Positions 42,317 through 52,099 of a DNA stretch of 64,000 bases are shown in pieces. Positions within the stretch are counted from its first letter, which is position 1, and each line of letters starts with the position of its first letter. The notes under the pieces are model-generated. The model saw nothing but the letters and a program-made list of their open reading frames with translations. It did not search any database and was not told where the DNA came from. The translations under genes and the position numbers were made by a program. Source of the DNA: an uncultured Pelagibacteraceae bacterium (lineage in GTDB: Bacteria; Pseudomonadota; Alphaproteobacteria; Pelagibacterales; Pelagibacteraceae); the NCBI GenBank assembly GCA_902604305.1, contig CACKXS010000002.1, forward strand, positions 24,548 through 88,547, given 5' to 3'.

Positions 42317-43240
42317 ATGAAAAGCAAAAAAATTATTATTGGATCAAGAGGGAGTAAATTAGCATTAATCTATGCTGAAAAAGCAAAAGAAAAAATTTTA
42401 AAAGTATCCAAAGAATTCAATATCGAGAGCATAGAAATAAAAAAAATTACTACAGCAGGAGATTTAAATCAAAAGGATAGACTTTCTGAAATAGGAGGCA
42501 AAGGACTTTTTTCAAACAAAATTGAAAAAGAATTAATAGAAAATAAAATTGATATTGCTGTACATGCTTTAAAAGATATGCCTTCAGATGAAACTGATGG
42601 ATTATTAACAAATTGTTTTTTGGAAAGAAACGATCCTAGAGAGGTATTAATTTCGAAAAATAAAATAAAATTTAAAGATTTAAATCAAAATTCAATAATA
42701 GGAACTTCTTCTTTTAGAAGAGAATTTCAGTTAAAAAATAAAAGAAGCGATTTAAATTACAAATTAATTAGAGGAAATGTTGATACTAGGATTAACAAGT
42801 TAAATCAAAATTTATATGATGCGATAATTTTATCTTTTGCTGGTATTAATTCTTTAAATTTAGATGAACACATTTCTGAGATTTTTTCTATTGATGAAAT
42901 TATTCCAAGTGCTGGACAAGGAGTTATAGCATTGCAATGTAAAAGAGATGATGAATATATAAAAAATGTTTTAAAAAAAATAAATAATGAAAAAACTTTT
43001 AATAGTGCTCAAGCAGAAAGAAATGTTCTTAAAGTTTTAGAAGGAGATTGTGAAACAGCAGTGGGAGCAATATCATTAATAAACAATGAAAATATTACAC
43101 TTGAGGCAGAACTTTTTTCTTTGGATGGAAAAGAAAGATTTTATTGTAAGTCTTCTAAAGATATAAAACATGCAGCAGAATTAGGAATAGAAATTGGTGA
43201 AAATTTAAAAAAACAATCTAAAGGGAGTTATAAAAAATAG
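42317..43240 (+). CDS. hemC: Hydroxymethylbilane synthase
   Basis: GSRGSKLA, GGKGLF, VHALKD, GTSSFRR, RGNVDTR, EGDC. Confidence 0.97.
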   Translation: MKSKKIIIGSRGSKLALIYAEKAKEKILKVSKEFNIESIEIKKITTAGDLNQKDRLSEIGGKGLFSNKIEKELIENKIDIAVHALKDMPSDETDGLLTNCFLERNDPREVLISKNKIKFKDLNQNSIIGTSSFRREFQLKNKRSDLNYKLIRGNVDTRINKLNQNLYDAIILSFAGINSLNLDEHISEIFSIDEIIPSAGQGVIALQCKRDDEYIKNVLKKINNEKTFNSAQAERNVLKVLEGDCETAVGAISLINNENITLEAELFSLDGKERFYCKSSKDIKHAAELGIEIGENLKKQSKGSYKK

Positions 43241-43241
43241 T

Positions 43242-43940
43242 ATGCATATTTTGTTTACAAGACCTTTAGAGGACTGTAAGGAATTAATATTAAAATTTAG
43301 CAAACTTGGACATAAGGTTTCGCATATGCCAGTGATTCAAATTGAAAAAATTGAATATGAAAAAATAAATTTTTTAGATTATAAAGCAATAATTTTTACA
43401 AGCGCCAATGCATTAAAATTCTTAGATACAAAACTGATTGATAAAAAAATTATCTGTTTTTGTGTTGGAACTGCAACAGAGAAGAAAGCACTTAGTCTTG
43501 GATTTCAAAATGTAATAACAGCTGGAGGCAATGTAAAAAATTTAGAAGAATTAATTCTACAAAATTTTAATACTTCTTCAGGAAAAATGCTTTATGTAAG
43601 TGGAGAAATTATTTCAAATGACCTTGATAAAAATTTAGTATCACTAGGATATAATGTACAAAGAGTTATTAACTATACTTCAAAACCTAATTATCAATTA
43701 GATGAAATATTCATAGAAAAATTAAGATCAAATATACCTGATGTTGTTTATGTTTATTCTCAAAATAGTGCTTTAAGCTTCCTAAAATTAATTAATAATT
43801 ACAAATTAAATGATTTTTGGATGGACACCAATTTAATGTGTATTAGCGAAAAATCCTCGTCAGTATTAAATAAAATCAAATGGAAAAAAATTTTTATTTT
43901 TAGTCCTGGAGAAGAGGAATTTTTGCTATATAAAATTTAA
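43242..43940 (+). CDS. hemD: Uroporphyrinogen-III synthase
   Basis: LFTRP, FTSANA, VGTAT; follows hemC. Confidence 0.88.
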   Translation: MHILFTRPLEDCKELILKFSKLGHKVSHMPVIQIEKIEYEKINFLDYKAIIFTSANALKFLDTKLIDKKIICFCVGTATEKKALSLGFQNVITAGGNVKNLEELILQNFNTSSGKMLYVSGEIISNDLDKNLVSLGYNVQRVINYTSKPNYQLDEIFIEKLRSNIPDVVYVYSQNSALSFLKLINNYKLNDFWMDTNLMCISEKSSSVLNKIKWKKIFIFSPGEEEFLLYKI

Positions 43941-43942
43941 AA

Positions 43943-45028
43943 ATGGAATTATTTAACAATTTTAAATCACTTTTTCTTTCTGTTTGGGAAAGAGGAATTT
44001 TAGGTGTAGATATTCTTGAAATATTAATTGGTGTTGGAATATTTTTTCTATTTTTAATATTTAGAGGAATCATCAGCAAAGTTATTATTAAAAGATTAGA
44101 AAATATAGCAAAGAAAACAACAAATAAATTTGATGACTCTTTTGTTTCTGCAATGGAAGGGCCAGCTAGATTTTTGCCAATAGTTATCGGTTTTTTTATT
44201 GCGAGTTATTATATGTCTTTTTCTGATGAGAGTAGAGAAATTGTAGATACAATTAATAGAACTTTAATAACTATTTTTATTTTTTGGGTTATGCATCAAA
44301 TTATAGAACCAGTTTCTTATGTATTAAGTGGTTTAAATAAAATTTTAACAAGAGAGCTTATTGGCTGGATCATTAAGTCATTAAAAGTATTAATATTTAT
44401 TTTAGGTATAGCTGCGGTTCTTGAATTGTGGGGAATAAAAATTGGACCAATTATTGCAGGTTTAGGTTTATTTGGTGTTGCTGTTGCATTGGGTGCACAA
44501 GATTTATTTAAAAATTTAATTTCAGGAATATTAGTATTAGTCGAAAAAAGATTTAAAATTGGAGATTGGATTTTAGTCGAAGGAATAATTGAAGGAATTG
44601 TCGAAAAAATAGGATTTAGATCAACAGTTATAAGAAAATTTGATAAATCAATTGCAATAATACCAAATTTTCAATTTGCAGAAAATGCTGTGATAAATGT
44701 AAGCCAAACAACCAATTGGATAATTAGTTGGATAATTAATTTACAATACGATTCAACAGTTGACCAACTTAAAACAATTAGAAATGAAATTGAAGATTAT
44801 ATAAAAAAAAATGAAGATTATAAACCTGAGCTTGGATATGCAGTTAGGGTTGATAAGTTTGCAGACAGTTCAATTGATATGTATATTCGTTGTTTTACAA
44901 AAACAGATGATTGGGATGAGTGGTTAGCTGTTAAGGAAAGATTGGCAATTCAAATTAAACAAATTGTTGAAAAAAATAATGCATCTTTTGCATTTCCTAG
45001 TCAGTCTATTTATGTTGAGAAGAAATGA
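43943..45028 (+). CDS. MscS family mechanosensitive channel
   Basis: AGLGLFGVAVALGAQD, FKIGDWI, IGFRST, IPN, FAFPS. Confidence 0.93.
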   Translation: MELFNNFKSLFLSVWERGILGVDILEILIGVGIFFLFLIFRGIISKVIIKRLENIAKKTTNKFDDSFVSAMEGPARFLPIVIGFFIASYYMSFSDESREIVDTINRTLITIFIFWVMHQIIEPVSYVLSGLNKILTRELIGWIIKSLKVLIFILGIAAVLELWGIKIGPIIAGLGLFGVAVALGAQDLFKNLISGILVLVEKRFKIGDWILVEGIIEGIVEKIGFRSTVIRKFDKSIAIIPNFQFAENAVINVSQTTNWIISWIINLQYDSTVDQLKTIRNEIEDYIKKNEDYKPELGYAVRVDKFADSSIDMYIRCFTKTDDWDEWLAVKERLAIQIKQIVEKNNASFAFPSQSIYVEKK

Positions 45029-45318
45029 TTGCTATTTTTTATTTAGTCCTTCAAGTTCTAAAAATTTATACTTATGTTGTAATTGCCAATGTAGTTATAA
45101 GTTGGTTGATAGCGTTTAACGTTTTAAATACATCGAATAGATTTGTTTACTCAATACTAGAACTCACCTACCGTTTAACAGACCCTATTTTGAACAGAAT
45201 TAGAAGATTTTTACCTAATCTAGGTGCTTTTGATATTTCACCAATCATACTTCTTTTATTGATCTGGTTTATAGAAATGTGTATGAAGCTTTACGTGGCA
45301 CCAATAATATTTAACTAA
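45025..45318 (+). CDS. YggT family membrane protein
   Basis: SWL…LTDPILNRIRRFLP…DISP. Confidence 0.9.
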   Translation: MIAIFYLVLQVLKIYTYVVIANVVISWLIAFNVLNTSNRFVYSILELTYRLTDPILNRIRRFLPNLGAFDISPIILLLLIWFIEMCMKLYVAPIIFN

Positions 45319-45321
45319 TCC

Positions 45322-46164
45322 ATGATATTAATAGACGGAAAAAAAATAGCAGCAGAATTAAGAGAAGAGTTAAAGATAGAAGTTTCTGAATTAAAATCTA
45401 AATATAATAAAATTCCAGGATTAACTGTGATTTTAATTGGAGATATGGCTCCGAGCCAAATTTATGTTCGTATGAAAGAAAAAGCTGCAAATGAAGTAGG
45501 CTTAAAATCAGAAGTTTTAAGGTACCCCGGTGAAGTTGAGGAAAAAACAATTTTAGATAAAATTGAAGAACTTAACAAAGATAACAGTGTATCTGGGATT
45601 TTAGTTCAGTTACCTTTGCCAAAACATATTGATAAGCAAAAAGTTATTGAATCAATTTTACCAAGTAAGGACGTTGATGGATTTCATCCAATGAATGTTG
45701 GAAATTTATCTTCAGGCTATGAAAGTTCAATACCTTGTACACCTCTTGGGTGTTATTTATTAATAAAAAAAATTGAACCTAATCTTAATGGAAAAAAAGC
45801 GGTAATTGTTGGAAGATCAAATTTAAATGGTAAACCAATGACACAACTTCTTTTAAAAGAAAATTGTACAGTTACAATTACACACTCTAAAACAAAAGAT
45901 CTAAAAGGCGAGTGTTTAAAAGGTGATATTATTGTAGCCGCAGTTGGTATGCCTGAACTTGTTAAAGGTGATTGGGTTAAAAAAGATGCAATAGTTATAG
46001 ATGTTGGAATAAATAAAACTGAAAAAGGGATAGTTGGAGATGTTGCATTTGATGAAGTTTCAAAAGTTGCGAAAGCTCTAACTCCAGTACCAGGAGGAGT
46101 AGGCCCAATGACAATAGCGTGTCTTCTTAAAAATACTATTGAGTGCTTCAAAAGATCTAATTAA
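45322..46164 (+). CDS. folD: Methylene-THF dehydrogenase/cyclohydrolase
   Basis: QLPLP, KDVDGFH, PCTP, GRS, DVGIN, PVPGGVGPMT. Confidence 0.98.
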   Translation: MILIDGKKIAAELREELKIEVSELKSKYNKIPGLTVILIGDMAPSQIYVRMKEKAANEVGLKSEVLRYPGEVEEKTILDKIEELNKDNSVSGILVQLPLPKHIDKQKVIESILPSKDVDGFHPMNVGNLSSGYESSIPCTPLGCYLLIKKIEPNLNGKKAVIVGRSNLNGKPMTQLLLKENCTVTITHSKTKDLKGECLKGDIIVAAVGMPELVKGDWVKKDAIVIDVGINKTEKGIVGDVAFDEVSKVAKALTPVPGGVGPMTIACLLKNTIECFKRSN

Positions 46165-46195
46165 TTTTTACAATTAAATTATTTATAATTTTCTA

Positions 46196-47692
46196 ATGAA
46201 GTTATTTTTCATATTAGGAAACCAATTATTTCCCTTAAAATATTTAAATGATTTTAAAAATGATCATATTTTTTTTATGGCTGAAGATTATGAGTTATGT
46301 ACTTATGAGAAACATCATAAACTAAAAATTCTACTATTTTTGTCTGCTATGAGATCTCATTTAGACCACCTAAAAAAAAATAAATTCATAGTTGAATACA
46401 CCAAAATTGACTCAAACGATTTTAAAAAAGATTATTTGGAGAAAGTTAAAAAAGTTATTAAATTAAAAAAAATTAATGAAATTACAAGCTTTGAAATTGA
46501 AGATAAGTTTTTTGAAAAAAAGGTACAGAATTTTGTTAAAAAAAATAACCTAATTTGGAATAAAATTAAATCACCAATGTTTTTAAATACTAGAGAGGAA
46601 TTTAATGATTACTTATCAAAAAATAAAAGACCTTTCATGGCAACTTTTTATAAAGGAACAAGACAAAAACTAAATATTTTAATGAAGAAAGATGGAAATC
46701 CTGAAGGAGGTAAGTGGAGCTTTGATGAGGATAATAGGAAAAAACTGCCAAAAAATATGAAAGTTCCAAAGTTTCCAAAAATAACAGAGTCAAAACATAC
46801 TAAAAATTTGAAACCTGTTATTGAAAAAATGTTTAAGGATCATCCAGGCAGCACTCAAAATTTTTGGTTTGCAACTGAATATAATGATGTTGTTAAACTT
46901 TTAAATTTTTTCATAAAAGAAAAATCAAATTTATTTGGTGATTATGAGGATGCAGTTCATCAAGAAAACAATATTCTATTTCATAGTGCACTAAGTCCAT
47001 ACATCAATTTAGGTCTTATAACTCCTGAATTTATAATTTCTAAAATTTTAGAATTTCATAAAAAAAACAAAATTAGACTAAATTCTCTAGAAGGATATGT
47101 AAGACAGGTTATTGGTTGGAGAGAATTCATGAGAGGAGTTTATCAAAAATATAGTAATGAAATGGAGACAAAAAATTTTTTTAAACAAAATAGAAAGATG
47201 AAAAATTCATGGTATGAAGGCACAACAGGTTTACCCCCTTTAGATTATGCAATTAAGAATGCATTAGAGCATGGCTGGTCACATCATATTGAAAGACTAA
47301 TGATACTTTCAAACATCATGAACTTATGCGAGCTAAAACCTAAAGTTGTTTACAAATGGTTTATGGAAATGTTTGTAGACTCATCTGATTGGGTGATGGT
47401 CCCAAATGTTTATGGAATGGGTTTATTTAGTGATGGAGGAATTTTTGCAACAAAACCATATATATGTGGATCAAGTTATTTTATGAAAATGATGGATTTT
47501 AAAAAAGGTGATTGGTGCAACACTATGGATGGTTTGTATTGGAGATTCATCAATCATAATAGAAATTTTTTCTTAAAAAATCCTAGGCTTTCAATGATGG
47601 TAAGAATTTTTGATAAAATGAAACCAGATAGAAAAAAATTAATATTGTTAGAAGCTGAAAAATTTATAAAAAAAAATACATATGACAATTAA
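46196..47692 (+). CDS. Bacterial (6-4) photolyase / CryB-PhrB family
   Basis: LGNQL, HKLKI…SAMR, PEGGKWSFDEDNR, FGDYEDA, GWREF, HHIERLM, WVMVPN, TKPY. Confidence 0.9.
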   Translation: MKLFFILGNQLFPLKYLNDFKNDHIFFMAEDYELCTYEKHHKLKILLFLSAMRSHLDHLKKNKFIVEYTKIDSNDFKKDYLEKVKKVIKLKKINEITSFEIEDKFFEKKVQNFVKKNNLIWNKIKSPMFLNTREEFNDYLSKNKRPFMATFYKGTRQKLNILMKKDGNPEGGKWSFDEDNRKKLPKNMKVPKFPKITESKHTKNLKPVIEKMFKDHPGSTQNFWFATEYNDVVKLLNFFIKEKSNLFGDYEDAVHQENNILFHSALSPYINLGLITPEFIISKILEFHKKNKIRLNSLEGYVRQVIGWREFMRGVYQKYSNEMETKNFFKQNRKMKNSWYEGTTGLPPLDYAIKNALEHGWSHHIERLMILSNIMNLCELKPKVVYKWFMEMFVDSSDWVMVPNVYGMGLFSDGGIFATKPYICGSSYFMKMMDFKKGDWCNTMDGLYWRFINHNRNFFLKNPRLSMMVRIFDKMKPDRKKLILLEAEKFIKKNTYDN

Positions 47693-48032
47693 AGTTTTTT
47701 TTAATAATTCTTGTAGCGTTTGTAGACTAGAGATAAATCACTACAAAAAAATTGCTGATAGTAATTTAGAATGGGTTGATATTACAAATAATGAAGAGGC
47801 TTTAAAATTAACATCTAAATCACAAGAGGAGTTGCTTAGAAGACTTCATGTAATTGATAATGGTAAAGTTATAGGGGGCGCAAAAGCATTTATTATAATT
47901 TGGTCAAAAATTCCAAAATATAATTTTTTAGCAAAAATTTTTTCAATAAAACCTCTGTTTTTTGTTTTTCATTATATTTATGAATTCGTTGCATATTTTT
48001 TATTTTTAAAAAATAAAAATCAACTCAAATGA
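47682..48032 (+). CDS. DCC1-like (DUF393) thiol-disulfide oxidoreductase
   Basis: [19 protein letters not shown]. Confidence 0.82.
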   Translation: MTIKVFFNNSCSVCRLEINHYKKIADSNLEWVDITNNEEALKLTSKSQEELLRRLHVIDNGKVIGGAKAFIIIWSKIPKYNFLAKIFSIKPLFFVFHYIYEFVAYFLFLKNKNQLK

Positions 48033-48154
48033 AAAAGCAAAATCTACCTTCTAAAATTTGTCTAGTTTGTAAAAGACCTTTTGTCTGGAGAAAAAAATGG
48101 AGATTAAATTGGGATCGAGTAAGATACTGCTCTAAAAGATGTTCATCTAAATAA
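48029..48154 (+). CDS. DUF2256-like small Cys-rich protein (41 aa, not in ORF track)
   Basis: [41 protein letters not shown]; two CxxC/CxxxC pairs; ATGA overlap with the upstream gene. Confidence 0.85.
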   Translation: MKKQNLPSKICLVCKRPFVWRKKWRLNWDRVRYCSKRCSSK

Positions 48155-49292
48155 GTTCCTGAATTATCTTTGGTATATAATTTTTAAAATTAAAAAAACC
48201 TTTATTGCAATATTTCCAAGAATACTGATCAATTTTTCTGTATAAAAAAGATATATTTTTTAGATTATTTGATTTGATATAGTCGAGATTTTCACCAACA
48301 GATGGATATAGAGATATAAAATTTTCTTTTATATCTTTTAAATCTTGAACATTAATCATTTTACAATTTAATGATTTATTTTTTAAATCTTCAATTTGAT
48401 TATTTATAAGTGACTTTTTAAAGTTAAGAACTTTTTCATCTAATTTTATTTGTCTAGTTTCATTTCCATTAAACACAAAATAAATATTTTTAAATGATTG
48501 ATCATTAAAGTTAGAGTCTTCAAAAGACAGATTATTTTCAAAAATAAATAGATCCTGACTATTAGATAAATTTGCATTTAGAAAACTATTATTCAAAATG
48601 GAATAATTTCTATCATCTACTATTGGAGATGGATTTTCATTAAGTTTAATATTGTCAAATCTATTATTGGTGAACTTTTTTATGTTCCAAAATGAAGCAA
48701 CATAATTTTTACCTTTTGTTTGAATTCCCGCAACCCATCTCCAGCCCAAAGTATTAGATGCACTATCACCATCAAAAAGATATTTCATGAAAAACTCAGC
48801 ACCTAATTGCCAAGGCAAACGAAGTGTAAAAATCCAAATACTTGCAAACCACATTCTTGCATGATTATGAAGGTAATTATGATTTTTAAGCTCATTTACC
48901 CAATAATCAAAGCATTCAATATTTGTTTTGCCATTAATTGCATTTAAATAGTTTTGATTATCTTTTAAATTTTCTTTTATTTTCTTTAAATCATTTAAAT
49001 AATCTGACCAAACACTTGGTCTTAATTCAAGCCAACCTTTCCAATAAATTCTCCATAAAACTTCTTGAATAAATTTTTCATTTTTTATGAACGAATATTT
49101 TTTTAAACATTTATCTATTATTTCTTTTTCGCTAATTATTCCGTGAGACACATATGGAGATAGACAAGAAATATTTGTTCTTTGATTTGGTCCATAATCA
49201 AAATTTCTAAATTTAGAATATTCTATAAGATTTTTTTCAATAAAATTATTTAATTTTTCAATAGCAAAACTTCTTGATGGCTCAAAATTCAT
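48147..49292 (-). CDS. Photolyase-like protein with N-terminal FAD-binding domain (inverted-domain type)
   Basis: [48 protein letters not shown] all in the first half; C-terminal KGFFNFK. Confidence 0.85.
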   Translation of the reverse strand: MNFEPSRSFAIEKLNNFIEKNLIEYSKFRNFDYGPNQRTNISCLSPYVSHGIISEKEIIDKCLKKYSFIKNEKFIQEVLWRIYWKGWLELRPSVWSDYLNDLKKIKENLKDNQNYLNAINGKTNIECFDYWVNELKNHNYLHNHARMWFASIWIFTLRLPWQLGAEFFMKYLFDGDSASNTLGWRWVAGIQTKGKNYVASFWNIKKFTNNRFDNIKLNENPSPIVDDRNYSILNNSFLNANLSNSQDLFIFENNLSFEDSNFNDQSFKNIYFVFNGNETRQIKLDEKVLNFKKSLINNQIEDLKNKSLNCKMINVQDLKDIKENFISLYPSVGENLDYIKSNNLKNISFLYRKIDQYSWKYCNKGFFNFKNYIPKIIQELI

Positions 49293-49304
49293 ATTTCGAA
49301 TTTT

Positions 49305-49427
49305 TTATTTTATTACTAAGTAGGAAATCAAAATTAACCAAAAAAAAGTATAGTAATAGTAAATATATTTTTTTGTAAATAATGAAGAGACTGAATTTTT
49401 ATTTTTATTTTTTTTATTTTTTTTCAT
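49305..49427 (-). CDS. Putative 40-aa membrane microprotein (not in ORF track)
   Basis: MKKNKKNKNKNSVSSLFTKKYIYYYYTFFWLILISYLVIK*; ATG overlaps the SDR stop (TAATG). Confidence 0.5.
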   Translation of the reverse strand: MKKNKKNKNKNSVSSLFTKKYIYYYYTFFWLILISYLVIK

Positions 49428-50134
49428 TAAATAGAAGATCTTCCACCATCTACACCAATTATTTGCCCTGTTATCCATGAACTCTCTTCAGTAAGTAAAA
49501 ACTTAGCCATTGCAGCAGCATCTTTTCCCTCACCAATTCTTTTCATAGGGTGAGCTTTCGCAATACCTTCGGCCATAATAGTGTTCTTTAATATTGGTTG
49601 CGAAATTTTTGAATTTGTTAAACTTGGAGCTATACAATTTACTCTAATATTTGGAGCAAACTCAGCTGCTAGTGAAATTGTAAGTCCTTCGATTGCTGCC
49701 TTAGTTGATGCTATAATTGAGTGATTTGTGAATCCTCTTTGTGCGGCAACCGTAGAAAATAGTATTATTGAGCCCTTATTATTTTTTAAACTTTCTTGAT
49801 ACGCCTTAATAACCTCAATTGCAGAAAAAAAATTTAATTTCATACATTTTTGAAAGTCATTTTCTTTGACCATTTTAAATGGTTTTAAATCTATTGAACC
49901 AACACAATAAGCAATTCCTTTTACTTCAGAAATTTCAGATTTAACATTTTGAATAAAATTATCTTCTAAAACATCGGCTACGGTATATGTACATTTAAAT
50001 TTTTCTGATAAAGATTTAAGCTCTTCCTCGTTTCTTGAAACGAGATGAAAGTCGTATTTTGAGTCATATAATTTATTTACTAAATTAGATCCAATAGAAC
50101 CAGTTGCTCCAAAAATTAAATACTTTGTGTTCAT
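49427..50134 (-). CDS. Short-chain dehydrogenase/reductase
   Basis: FGATGSIG, IRVNCIAP, SWITGQ…VDGG; the catalytic YxxxK appears as IASTK. Confidence 0.9.
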   Translation of the reverse strand: MNTKYLIFGATGSIGSNLVNKLYDSKYDFHLVSRNEEELKSLSEKFKCTYTVADVLEDNFIQNVKSEISEVKGIAYCVGSIDLKPFKMVKENDFQKCMKLNFFSAIEVIKAYQESLKNNKGSIILFSTVAAQRGFTNHSIIASTKAAIEGLTISLAAEFAPNIRVNCIAPSLTNSKISQPILKNTIMAEGIAKAHPMKRIGEGKDAAAMAKFLLTEESSWITGQIIGVDGGRSSI

Positions 50135-50148
50135 ATTTTTTTATTTTA

Positions 50149-50529
50149 TTAAGATTTTTTTTTTGATTTTAGACCAAGTTTATCACTATGTCTTAATCTT
50201 AAAATTACTATAGCTGAGGCAATAAGAACTATAGCTACAGCTTCATAAACTAATCCAGATGGATCCATTTCCTTACCTTGTAATATTATAAATCTTGATA
50301 AAGCAGTTATTGCTATAAGCAAAGGCAAAGTAATACTTATTGATTGTTGGTCCCAAAATACTCTAACCATTGCCATTACTTCCAAGTAAAGAAACATTAA
50401 CAATAAATCAGCTAAAGTAACTGTCTGATTTAAAAACATTTTTTTAATTTCAATTCCAACAGCAATAACTGTACTAATTAGAATTATTGTTAATAAAACA
50501 AATTGAAGATTTTTTGTTATATTTTTCAT
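50149..50529 (-). CDS. PsiE family membrane protein
   Basis: LADLLLMFLYLE, PLLIAITALSR. Confidence 0.85.
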   Translation of the reverse strand: MKNITKNLQFVLLTIILISTVIAVGIEIKKMFLNQTVTLADLLLMFLYLEVMAMVRVFWDQQSISITLPLLIAITALSRFIILQGKEMDPSGLVYEAVAIVLIASAIVILRLRHSDKLGLKSKKKS

Positions 50530-50684
50530 AATTTAAAAAATTATGATTATTTGAAATTTTATTTTCATTCTTTGTATTTTATGTCGCACCTAAGAAATTA
50601 AACAACGATTACTAAGCATGCGACAAAAAATGAATGTAAAAAATTTTGCAAAAATTTGAAATCATTATAGTTAGCATTCAACTT

Positions 50685-50900
50685 ATGTTTAAAATTATAA
50701 TTATATATGAATTATTCTTTTTTTTATTTTGGAATATAATTTATTTTGGAGCAGATCTTGCAGATTTTGCAAAAAGCGAGTCACTTGCATTTATATATTA
50801 TATTTTAACATCTATGGCCTTGGGATGGGTAATAATTCATGTAATAAGATATTCATTCGGAGAAATACCTGATCCTCGTGAAGTTGCAAAAAATAAATAA
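50685..50900 (+). CDS. Small hypothetical membrane protein
   Basis: Two hydrophobic segments; ATG at 50685 preferred to TTG at 50646. Confidence 0.55.
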   Translation: MFKIIIIYELFFFLFWNIIYFGADLADFAKSESLAFIYYILTSMALGWVIIHVIRYSFGEIPDPREVAKNK

Positions 50901-50908
50901 ATAATACT

Positions 50909-52093
50909 TTATTTTAACTTTTTTTTATGGAAATTAATAAATCTCTCAACATTTGATTTATTAAAAGTTTTATTTTCTTCAAAGGAAACTTTTTTCATTG
51001 AATAAGCATTACTTTTAGTTTGTCTAGATACAATTGTAATATTACCTTTGTATAGCTTAAGTTTAACAGATCCATTTACTTTATTTCTTTTTTGATCTAC
51101 AATTTTTTGAAGTTTAAATCTTGCTTTTGAATACCAATAACCATTGTAAATTAGCTCTGCATATTTAGGCATTATCTCATCTTTTTTATGCATAGTTTCT
51201 TTGTCTAATGTCACAGATTCAATTGCTCTATGAGCATTGATTAATAAAGTTCCTCCAGGAGTTTCATAAACACCTCTTGATTTTATTCCAATAAATCTAT
51301 TTTCAACAAGATCAACTCTACCAATACCGTTTTTTCCAGCAATAAAGTTTAATTTTTCTAAAAGTTTTGAAGGAGATAATTTTTTGCTATTCAAAGTTAC
51401 TGGGTCTCCATTTTTAAATCCTATAGTTACAAAAGAAGTTTTATTTGGCGCATTTTCTGGAGAGTTTGTTCTTTGAAAAATAATTTCTGGTGCAGAATTT
51501 TTTGGATTTTCCAACACCTTTCCTTCAGTTGATGTATGAAATAAATTATCATCTACTGAAAATGGTGGTGCACCTTTTTTATCACTTGGAATTGATATTC
51601 CATTTTTTTTTGCATAATTAATTAAGTCAGTTCTGGATTTTAGTTTCCAAATTCTCCAAGGAGCTATTATTTTTATTTTTGGTCCAAAATAATGGTAACC
51701 AAGCTCAAATCTTACCTGATCATTTCCCTTACCTGTCGATCCATGAGAAACTGCAAAAGCTTTAAATTTTTTAGCTATTCTAATTTGATCTTTTGCAATT
51801 AGTGGTCTTGCAATAGAAGTTCCTAATAAATAGACACCTTCATAAATTGCGTGCCCTCTTATCATTGGATAAACGTAATCTTTAACAAAAGTATCTTTTA
51901 AATCTTTTATTATTATTTTTTTTACACCTAGTTTTTTTGCATTTTTAATTATTTTTTTTTTATTAATTTTCTGACCAATATCAGCTGTATAAGCAATAAC
52001 TTCCGCATTATAATTTTCTTGAAGCCATTTTAAAATAATCGAAGTATCTAATCCGCCTGAATAAGCGAGAACAATTCGTTTATTTAATTTCAT
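50909..52093 (-). CDS. argG: Argininosuccinate synthase
   Basis: AYSGGLDTS, LGTSIARP, GKGNDQVRF, KSRGVYETP. Confidence 0.98.
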   Translation of the reverse strand: MKLNKRIVLAYSGGLDTSIILKWLQENYNAEVIAYTADIGQKINKKKIIKNAKKLGVKKIIIKDLKDTFVKDYVYPMIRGHAIYEGVYLLGTSIARPLIAKDQIRIAKKFKAFAVSHGSTGKGNDQVRFELGYHYFGPKIKIIAPWRIWKLKSRTDLINYAKKNGISIPSDKKGAPPFSVDDNLFHTSTEGKVLENPKNSAPEIIFQRTNSPENAPNKTSFVTIGFKNGDPVTLNSKKLSPSKLLEKLNFIAGKNGIGRVDLVENRFIGIKSRGVYETPGGTLLINAHRAIESVTLDKETMHKKDEIMPKYAELIYNGYWYSKARFKLQKIVDQKRNKVNGSVKLKLYKGNITIVSRQTKSNAYSMKKVSFEENKTFNKSNVERFINFHKKKLK

Positions 52094-52099
52094 TCAAAA

